Part shown: positions 53,636-64,000 of the stretch, piece by piece
Numbering within the stretch: position 1 is the first letter of the stretch
How the letters are laid out: each line of letters opens with the position of its first letter
DNA from: Lytechinus pictus
Lineage: Eukaryota
DNA: 64,000 bases
Assembly: GCF_037042905.1 (NCBI RefSeq)
Contig: NC_087250.1
Coordinates: forward strand, 8,062,001-8,126,000
Direction of reading: 5' to 3'
Notes under the pieces: model-generated
What the model was told of the DNA's origin: nothing
Databases searched by the model: none
What the model saw: the letters and a program-made list of their open reading frames with translations, nothing else
Program-made: the position numbers and the translations under genes

Positions 53636-56418
53636 TAGTCCAGGATAGGCCCCATAGACAAGGGATCGAACCTTGTTTTTTTAGATATACAATTTTTTTG
53701 ATGGTTTCTTGTCAATTCGAGGGTGCTGATTCCGAATCTGAATGATGCCACTCGTGTAACCTTGAGCATTTTCCGCAAATTGGCAAAATCCAATATGGCC
53801 GCCAAAATATGCAAATTACCCATGAAAATCATAAAATTGCCAACACATGAGCTATAAAATGCATGTAGTTGTTGTGCAGAAGTGAAATACCAATTGGAAA
53901 AGCGATATTTGACAAAATATTTATTTTATTGATATTCAAAATGGCCGCCATAACCCCTGTATACTTTATTATGTACAATATGAATGGGGAAAATATTTTT
54001 TCAAACAAGAGCACTATTATTGCATGTGATTGTGACCTGCGAGTGGACTACTGTCTGAAAACATGACTATTAACAAAACTATGTCATTTGTATACTATCT
54101 AATGTGATAAATGCTGTATTATGATATTCAAAATGGCTGTCATAGACCCCTCATACTGTGTACAATATATAAAAGGGGACAAATAATTTTCACAACCTTT
54201 GAATTTGTTTGACTTTAAAATGCCAATAACTGCGAAATATTGGTGTAACACTGTCTGACAACAAGGATTTCTAACGAAACATATCATTTCCCTTGCAATT
54301 TCGGTAATTATGCTGCATGTTGACATTCAAAATGGCTGCCATAGGCCCTATCTGTATTATGAACAACGCGAATGAAGAAACTAATTTTCACAAGAGTAAA
54401 AACAATAAAATGAATGTAATTGTAATCTATACGAGTGAAATATTGTCTAAACACATGATTTCTGGCGAAACATATCATTTCATTTTTCATGCATGAGATA
54501 AATGCTGTATTGTAAAATTCAAAATGGCCCCTATGGGCCCTTACAGTATTATCTACAATGTAAATGGGGACAAATACTTTTGGAAGAATTAGGATTTGCC
54601 TGACTATGAAATCCATATAATTCTGTTGTATAGGGAAAATATTGTTTGAAAACGTGATTTTTTTAATGAAATATAACATTTCCCCTCCCATAGGTGATAA
54701 ATACCGTATTTTGACTTTCAAAACGGCCGCACAAGCCCCTACAAATTCTGTAACATGCGTATAGGGAAACCAATCATCACCAGAATGAGAACCAAAAACG
54801 CACGTAACTATGTGATGTATAGGTAAAATTTGGTCTTGAACATGATTTCTGACTAAATACATCACATAATGGTTGAGAAGGTAATAAAGGCCTTACTTTG
54901 AAATTCAAAATTGCTGCCATAGCCCAAAGTAGTATGTACATTGTAACTGGGGACAGATAATTTTGACAAAATTTTTACTATGAAAATGGCTTAATTTTGA
55001 TGTAAGTGTTAAGCATTGTCTAAACCCAATGATTTCTAACGAAATATATCATAGCTTGTGTCATAAAGGTGATGAATGCAGTCTTTTAAAAATGAAAAAA
55101 TGGCCGCCATAGTCCCTTATCTTAATATGTAAAGTTTGAATGGGGAAAGATAATTTCCACAAAGAAACATATTGCCGCCATTTTGAAATTTAAATATAGC
55201 ATTTATCACCTAAATAACATAAGAAATTATCTATTTGGTTACAAAATCATATTTTCAGACGATATTTCACTCGTACATGCAACACCATTTAGTCAAGCAA
55301 AGCCAAATTCTGTTAAAATTATATGTTCCCATTCACAAAGTACATAATAGGCCTACTGTTAGGACCTGTAGCGGCCATTTGACTTTCAAAATACATTATT
55401 TATCACCTACCTGGCAGAATGAATGATATATCTTGTTAGGAATTATGTTTTCAGACAATATTTTACTCTTAAATCACAATTATATGCATGTTATGGTGCT
55501 GACTCATGTGAAAATTGGTTTCCCAGATCCATTATACATAATACAGTCAATGTCTTTTGGCGGCCATTTTGAAAGTCAAAATACAATATTTAACACAAAT
55601 ATGAAACCCGAATAATATATTTCGTTGCAAATTATATTTGAAGACAGTATTCCACTAATTTACCACAAAAAATACGTTTTAGTGCTCACCTTGTGATTGT
55701 TTTTGTCCTCTCTCACATCGTAGATCATAATTTTAGGGCCTTTGGCGGTCATATTAAATATCAAAATACAGGGTTTATCACATACATGGCATGTTAAATA
55801 ATAAATTTCGTTAACAAAAATGTTTTTAGTCAGTATTCCACTCGTTTATCTCAACAAAATGCATTTTAGTGCTCACTCTTGTGATTTTTTTGTGTCACCA
55901 TTCACATTGTACATAATAGTGTTAGGGCTTTTGAAGGCCATTTTGAATATCAAAATACAGGATTTATCACATAACTGACATAACAAATGATATATATCGT
56001 TAGCAATCATGTTTACAGACATTGCTTCACTCATAGATCATACTTACTTGCATTTCAGTGCTCAATTTTGTAAAAATTAATTTTCCCCATTCATATTGTA
56101 CAGGGGTCTATGATGGCGGCCATTTTGATATCAAGAAAATAAATATTTTGACAAAAATCATTTTTTCAGATATTATTTCACTCCGGCAGCACAATTGCAT
56201 GTACTTTAAAGCCAATGTGTGGACAATTTTATGATTTTCATGGGTAATTTGAATATTTTGGCGGCCATATTGGACTTTGCCAATTTGCAGAAAATGCTCA
56301 AGGTTACACGAGTGGCATCATTCAGATTCGGAATCAGCACCCTCGAATTGACAAGAAACCATAAAAAAACATTGTATATATAAAAAAAACAAGGTTCGAC
56401 CCCTTCTATCCTGGACTA
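53636..56418. mobile_element. 2.8-kb foldback DNA transposon, Academ-like, non-autonomous
   Basis: TAGTCCAGGATAG...CTATCCTGGACTA termini, long inverted arms, 3-bp TSD ACT; interrupts a repeat whose other copy lies at about 58272-58895. Confidence 0.75.
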
Positions 56419-59400
56419 ACTGGCTTATTACCAATGGGCTTTACAAAAGGATCAGGGTAGTGCTCTGGATGCTTCAACAAAGACTACAATCTACACCTGT
56501 CATTAGCGTAGCTAAGAATTCTGGGTTACCCCTAACAACCTGAATAGGTACATTTTAAGTATTTTTTTTGTAGATACTCTCTAATGCAAAGTAACTAATC
56601 TGGGGCGCTCGTCTTACAAAGAGTTGCAATTGATCCGATCAGTCGCAACTATGGAAAGCCAGCAACGTCATGCAACATATATATGCATGTTTGTTCAATT
56701 TTTTTTTTTAGATATGAATGTTTATCCATAAAGTCATTGATTTCTTGACAATTGGTGTGTTTTACTTTGTTTACAAAGGACATTTTGCAAATTTCCTGTA
56801 AAAAAAAATAGAACACTGATGGATCTCCATAGAGTTTCGATTGATTGGACCAATCGTAACTCTTTGTGAGACGGGGCACTGGTCCCTAATCACAGTCCTC
56901 TCAGAGTGAGATGAGGAACCAGTCCTGATGTAATGAGATTTAAAGTCTTTCAAGAGTGAATTTACCGTTTTCGAGTAAAAGTGTGCATCTTTTTTTTTAA
57001 CACTATTTAAAAAAGGGTAAAAATTCACTCTTGAAAGATTAAAATCTCATTCCATCAGGACCAGTTCCTCGTCTCACTCTGAGAGGAGCATGATTTTGGA
57101 CCAGGGGCTCGTTCCAGAAAGAGTTGCGATTAAACGCAAGCCAAAAAATATAAATCGCAAGTTCCAAATGCGCTCTGTTGATTGGTTGAAAATCAAGTTG
57201 CGCATGATTTTTAGAGTTGCGATTGATTGCAACTCTTTCTGCAACGGGCCCCTGACTTGCTACTTTGCATTTAGAGAGTACACAATTAATGTAAGCACCC
57301 CCACCAAAAAAAAAAATCCATGGCAAGGAGCTACGACCGAGCGAAGCAATCGAGCAATTAAAAAAAAAATCTTAAAAACGAAAGTTTGAGTAAAATGGGA
57401 CAAGCAATAGTTATGAGCATATTCCTGTCGATAAGATAGTTATGAGCATATTCCTGTCGAGATTACTAATGCCTTGGAGATCCTCCAATTGGCAATGCAA
57501 ACAAGATCTGTGAAGTCATACATCTCTCTCCTTTGGATACTGAAATTATACCAGAAAATTGTCATCGAATGATATTGCAAACAATTCATCAATGACATAA
57601 TGCGAAACTTCTATTACATGTTTTCCTCTTGTAAAAAAACACCTGGGGGTATTTCACAAAAATTTAAGTATGACTTAAGTCGCACTTAAATGCCGACGCT
57701 TACATGGTATGCAACGCGCGATCTTATTTATAGATACGAAGTAGCGCACATACATCCTCATGACACGATCTAACTAAGCCTTTCATACCGTACGCAACTC
57801 GCCAAGTGCGACTCTAAGTCGTACTTAAATCTTTGTGAAACACCCCCATGTTATGATAGACTAGAATCCCTTTGCCAACGTGAGGATCAACATATCGCAT
57901 AAGTGATCTAAATATTTAAATTCTCATAAATCACTCATTCTTAATCGCGTTCAAACATAATATAAAGATAAATCCATAGTGATGACATGTATAATCTCAA
58001 AAAATTATTATTTCAATAAACAGGGCCTATATACATTTTAATTATAATTTACAATAAAAAATAAACTATTAATTAATGATACATATAGATATTCATATGA
58101 TTTTCGAACACAAGGCGAGAAATCATTTAGGGTTGCCTAGCTGTTGAAAGTCTTTAGTATGACTTGAACACGTGGTTCTACCCCACAATACTCTCATATT
58201 CTACAAGGTGACACGACATTTGATCCGGAGAATATTTCTCCAACTTTTCCAAATTTGATCACTGACGTACTATAGACCAGTTCGTAGTTACTTCATGGAC
58301 AATTTTGGTCAAATGACCTTTCATTTCTTTCATTATGATAGGCAGATTTTAAAGCAAGATATTACGTAAGCTTGCCTTACATAGCAGGATGAAGAAACTG
58401 AATAGACAAGGGGGCCGTTTCATAAAGCTGTTCGTAAGTAAAGAGTGACTTTAAGAACGACTGTTGAACCTTTCTTACGCGCTTAACCATCGCCAATGAA
58501 TATGCCATTTACCACAAGAAAGGATCACCAGTTGTTCTTAAAGTCGCTCTTAACTTACGAACAGCTTTATGAAACACCCACCAGGTGACTAGAATAGCAC
58601 ACCAATGAACACTTTATGAAGGTATTGCATTCCTACTTTGAATGCATATCATATACATGCTGCACAATGTACTTGGCAAGCTGAAATACTAGTCGTTCGT
58701 GGACGCATTGTTGTTTTTTGTGGATGTAAATGAAAACCACTATTCAAAAGAATATATGATTAATCAAGACATCAAAGTTGGTGCTTATCTCATTAGATCG
58801 TGTACCAACATGTCACTTTAGTACAAATGACCTTCCTCTGATCATGCGTAGAATCTTTTGATCATGCGCAGAAAGGAACTAAGAACTGGCTTATTGACAG
58901 ACATCCTAGCAATGATCGTAGAACATTTTTCTACGATTGATTCCATTGACTACAATGTACAATCAATCGCGAAAATCAAGTGTACGATTGGTTGCTAACC
59001 TTTGTGTTACGGGACCCAGGTGACGAGAATACCACACCAATGAACACTCTCTGAAGGTATTTGTTGCATTTCTAATTTGAATACACATTAAAGCATGATG
59101 TACAATGTACTTGGCCAAACTGTGAAATACCATTCGTTCGTTGTTTTTTATGGATATAAATGAAAAACTCAATTCAAAAGAATATATGAATAATCAAGAC
59201 ACCAAAAGTGGTGCTTATCTCAGTAAATTTTGAACTCCATGTCACTTTAGTACCAATGACCTTCCTCTAACCATGCGCAGAGTGGAACTACGAACTGGCT
59301 TTACATGTATGCTATACCTGGAAAGCTTATGCAATGTCTTCATTTGAAAGTGTGAGTCCCCATCGTAAAAAAAAATCAAAGAAACAGATCGATGAAAGTT

Positions 59401-60196
59401 TGAGAAAAATCAGACAAATAATGAGAAAGTTATTAGCATTTGAATATTGCGACCACTAATGCTATGGAGATCCTCCCATTGGCAACGCAACAAAGATGTG
59501 TGATGTCACTTGTGAACTCTCCCCATTACTTTAGTACATATTTCACTTAAACTGCCACTTTTATACATCTATCAGTAGATCATGTGTTCTTTCTGTAGGA
59601 GAGCATGTAATACAGATTTTTAAAGAATACATCATGGTTGAAGAGTTTGTGTCACCATAAGAAAAAGCAAATAGAGACACTTTGGAGGTATTTTATAGTC
59701 GATCAAAGGTAAAGTTGTTCACATGTGACATCACACAGTGTATTAGTATTAGTGAATGCAATATTCAAATGCTCATAACTTTCTCATTATTTGACCGATT
59801 TTTCTCAAAATTTCTTTGCTCTTATTCTTTGATTTTTCTGTTTCGACACAAGTCAACTTGTTCCAAAGGTTTCATTTCCCTTTAAGAAAACTGGATCATC
59901 AGCTGTGTACTGGTTCATTCTGAGAGTGCCAACCAGGGTCTTTTATTCAGGGTCGTGTATACGTTTACACGCACTCTAAAACATTAAGTGCTAAATATAT
60001 CGACCTGGGTAGAGAGTGGCAAATGTGGATAAACTTCTTGCCAAAGAACGCAAGTGATGTGGTAGGATTGGAATCCCTGACCTCGTGGTACAGAGACTTA
60101 TCCATTCAGCCACAAAACTACCTCTGTTAATATACATATATTAATACAAAACTGTTTATGCTTATTCTAACACATCAAATGTGTTATGCTCCGTGG

Positions 60197-62783
60197 TTAT
60201 GTATTATGATAAAATATATAGAATATTATTGAGAGCTGGAACACTGCCCCAATTAGTAGCCCCGATCCAGCCCACATCCTTGACGATGTCGCAGCTCTCC
60301 TGGCCCCGGCGGCGTCCCCAGCTAAAAGTCTGTTTCGAGCCTGTATTAAAAGAGGAAAATCAGATATTTCACCTTTGATTATCATTTAGGTCAAACGATG
60401 AATTAAAAAAATACAGTGCCAGATTTGTGTCCTAGCAATACAAACGGACAAACTGTTGCATTTTTATTTTCTCAATTGAATTGATAGTCTATGCCTGTTA
60501 GAAACCCACTAGGACCTACTACCCTAATTTGTATATGTCCTTACCATGGATCTCCCTTCAAATCGTTTGTACAGGCCCTGAAATCTTCGCGGGAAGAAAC
60601 TGCAGTTGACCCTGAAATATAATCTGCAAATTACAAAGCTTCCCCCAAAGTAAATGGATAAATGAAATACTAAGATAAGTATATAAATAAACAAAATGTA
60701 TCAAGGAATAAAACAAACCAGCCTTGCTCAGATCGGTCGCTTCCTTGCTTACATAAGCATAGTCATGTTCTTGTACATTCTAGCTATTCTTGTTGATCTA
60801 ATGTTTAGGCCTACGGCCATGCTCTCACCCCCCCCCCTGCTCCCCTCCTCAGCTGCACTCTCTCGTCGAGTTCACTGGGTACATTTCTTATTCGTTTTAT
60901 TTCCAATTTGTCTAATGCCAATTCGTCCAATTACCAACTCGTCTACTATCATTTGGTCTACCATCAGTTCGTCCATTATCCACTGTCATTTCGGCCGCTC
61001 ACCATTTCGTCAAATAACCAGATGGTCCTATAACCATAATCTATTTGGTCTAATTGGACTACGTGTTCATTGGGCGAAATGAATGGAAATTAAATGAACA
61101 TTAAGGCGACCGCACACCTTACGATTGGTCTGCGACCCGATTTCAGAATAAAATGTAGTAGAATTTGATGCTTATATTGAGACTTGGAATAGCTTACTGT
61201 GTAATGTTCTAAATCATCGTACGAATACCTATGTTCAAATCTGTGACTATCATCCTTCTTAGAATAAAAGCGAATTTAATATCTAGTCGTAATGACGTCA
61301 TAGCAGTCGTACGATCGGCTACGATTTGAAACTAATTTGGCTTTTACTCCAAAATAAAGGCTTGCAATCTTTCAAAATTGTTATAATATTATTATTTCAA
61401 TTAATTTTAACCTCAAATAAAATGATATGTTCCATTCACATCTTCAGAAAATGAGCAAAATGCGATTTGTTCCAAAATCGGGTCGCAGACCAGTCGTAAG
61501 GTGTGCGGTCGCCTTAAGGTGTGCGGTGGCCTTTAGACCAACTGGTTATGATGCGAAATGATTATTGACGAAATGGTGATTAGACTGGACCAAATGATTA
61601 CTGGACCAACTAGTTGTTTGACGAAACGTTGATGGACGGAACGGCATTAGACTAAATGAAGGTAGACCATGGGATGAGTAGACGAGTTGGCAACAGACGA
61701 ATTGGCAATTTAACATTTCATTCATCTACACTGACCTCTATTGCTTTGATGAGTGCTGCTATTCCAAACGGCACGCAGCAGCAACAGAGTATGAAAGATC
61801 CGAAACCGATTAAACAGTTCACATTAACCGGTGCACCGACTTGGCTGTCTCGGATAATCGTCACATGTGGCGGATATGACATCTGTACATGGTATGAAGG
61901 AGTGATGGCAATGGGTCAGAGGGGATGGGGGGCAGAGAAGATGAGAGAGAGAGGGGGTGGGATAGAGAGGGAGGGAGAGAGATTGATTGAGAGAGTCGGT
62001 GATAATTATTTCAAACAATATGCCTATTCATTTGTGAGCTTCAGACCTTTCATTTTTTCTTGGCATGCCCATAATTATATGCCCTATTTTCACAGAAGAA
62101 ATATAAATGAAGGGAAGAAGCAAATTGTAAAAGTATGAGGATAATTAACATAAGAAATAAACACTATAATTAAAAGAAATACGATACATGCATACTTGAT
62201 GAATTTGAGGGAGTGTTGGTGGGGGAATGTATCATTTTAACAGACTTCTTCTGGGAACAGAACATGTTCATTAACAAAGCTCGTAGCAAATACTAAAAGC
62301 CGGCTTCATTGCGATTCAAATCTGACACCGAATAAATAAGTAAACACCAATACTTACATTCATGCCATCGTAGGAGCAGTGATTGTATTGTTGAAATGAC
62401 GTCGACAATCCGTGGTCGACGTCGAGGTCGTGCATGGCCTCGGATTGATCCATCCAGCCGTGTCTGTGGTGATGATGATATCGAGGAAACGGCGGTCCTC
62501 TGTGAGAGTGTCCATGACAGTGAGGCTGACCTTGAGAATGACCTTGACCTTGTGGCTGACCTTGACGATAGTTACAGCGACCTTCACCTTCGTAAGCATT
62601 GTTCGTGTATGTTTCTGGTACCACACTCGCATACGGTGGAGGAGATCCTAAGTCAGGACGCGTTGGGGTCTTGTTAGGATCGACTCTGGCGTAGGGGGGT
62701 AATTCGGGTTCCGGTGGTGGAGGTGGTGGTGGGGTTGGTGTAGGGGCCAGTGGATGTGGCTCTTCGTCTGGTATCGTTGCCAT
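60197..62783 (-). CDS. CD225/dispanin-family (PRRT1/PRRT2-like) proline-rich transmembrane protein, about 238 aa, coding exons 62783-62358, 61882-61736, 60340-60197
   Basis: Pro-rich N-terminus, then ILCCCCVPFGIAALIKAIE|ARNRLLAGDAAGARRAATSSRMWA plus a C-terminal TM, the CD225 signature. Both introns are GT-AG phase 0. Confidence 0.88.
61105..61513. mobile_element. TIR MITE in the CD225 gene intron
   Basis: About 40-bp TIR GGCGACCGCACACCTTACGA..., TTAA on both flanks; partial copy at about 47305-47405. Confidence 0.85.
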
Positions 62784-64000
62784 TCTATGACCATTTATAC
62801 CTCTTCATCAAATCAATGGTGTTTGTCCGTGAGAACGACGATACATCCGAGTTCTTCTGCAAAATAATTTTTGAAAGAAAATAGAATAATTAACGTTGTA
62901 AGAGAAAGACTTCCGTTCCAGAAGAGAAAATTACCTTGGTTGTACCCTTATCAAATCATCATTTAAAATTTATCTCTTTTTTTTTTGGGGGGGGAGCTAA
63001 GTTTTAAATAATATCTTTTTAAAATCTTTAGTGATGCATATTGCATTATGGGAAGCTTATTAGAAAATGTGAGGAATTCTTTGGTAGTCCTAACTATTTT
63101 TTTCATATTAGCACCTGGCAGTAGCTTAATGAGCGAAACAAATTGAGAGGGAAACCTCTTGCATCTGGCCAAAATTTCAACAAAAATCAAAATGCATTTT
63201 GCCATAATATCCAGAGAGAGATATATTACTTCCTTTCCTTTTCTGCTTTTTCCACCTTTTCGAAAACTTTTTTTTTTTTGGGGGGGGGGAGGGGGGGGGG
63301 GTGGTCTCGACACTATAGTAGTGTAGTTATAACAGACACCTTTTCCCAGGTACTTTTTTTTACAATGAAGCCGCATACTGACAATTATTTCTAAGGTATA
63401 CCAACATCCTATAAATCCAATTTTCACATTATCTTGTCATAAGATAATGCAAAATTATATATACAGGTACAAAGGGAACGGAACTCAAGAAAAGGCTTAT
63501 ATTATTCAACAATATCATCAGAAATGACATATTTCATACATCATTTAGGGTAGGGAAACATAACAAAATACTTGTCAAGGGTACTCTGAGACCGTCACAG
63601 AATTTTTACTTGTTTTATGGTCCATTTTGAAAGCCCATGTCAAACCTTTGTCAAAATAAAATATTTAGGACATTATTTTATAGGGTAGGGAAAACAGGGA
63701 ACAAATACTTGTAAAGGATAGGCCCTGCATTAAGTCCGCGAGATGATAGCTTGTCAACGTTCCATTTTGAATGACCATAAACGGGCACGGTGTCCAACTC
63801 GTAATAGGGACTTTTCGCACCACTACGTAGACTCTTTCTGGAAAGGTGAGAATCTATTGTCAAAAGCCCTTTATCACAAATCAGCCTTTGTCGCAGATCA
63901 GTATATAAAAAAGGCAGTGCCGTCGTGAACTATGGACAAATGACATATTTGCAATTTTTCGTCAGCTCCGGGGGGTGTTTCATGAAAGTTGTCAGCACTG

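Noticed and set aside
54099..55615. ORFs inside the foldback element as a transposase
   Set aside because: No recognisable DDE or other domain; the region consists of degenerate tandem subrepeats.
61656..62677. Plus-strand ORFs overlapping the CD225 gene
   Set aside because: Antisense shadows of real exons and low-complexity intron.

Overview
AT-rich eukaryotic (animal) genomic DNA. The repeat landscape looks echinoderm/sea-urchin-like, which is an inference and not a verified assignment. The window holds two intron-containing genes on the minus strand. The first is a TRPA1-like ankyrin-repeat cation channel: 19 exons from about 35640 down to 988 that splice GT-AG into one continuous frame of about 965 codons and run off the left edge after the third TM helix. 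The second is a 3-coding-exon CD225/dispanin (PRRT-like) membrane protein gene at 62783-60197. Introns and intergenic DNA are packed with non-autonomous DNA transposons (TTAA-, TA-, 8-bp- and 3-bp-TSD families, Helentron-like elements), tRNA-derived SINEs, LINE fragments and a decayed Gmr1/Gypsy element. The most striking signal is that at least 7 of the 19 TRPA1-like exons have their own exon/intron junction tandemly copied into the adjacent intron, in arrays of 2 to about 21 copies with units of about 40-270 bp. One array generates perfect in-frame AG-30nt-GT micro-exon units. An eighth exon has been copied identically into a neighbouring TIR transposon. Most short ORFs in the supplied track are repeat artefacts. 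Coordinates were read by eye and may be off by a few bases, especially for repeat boundaries.
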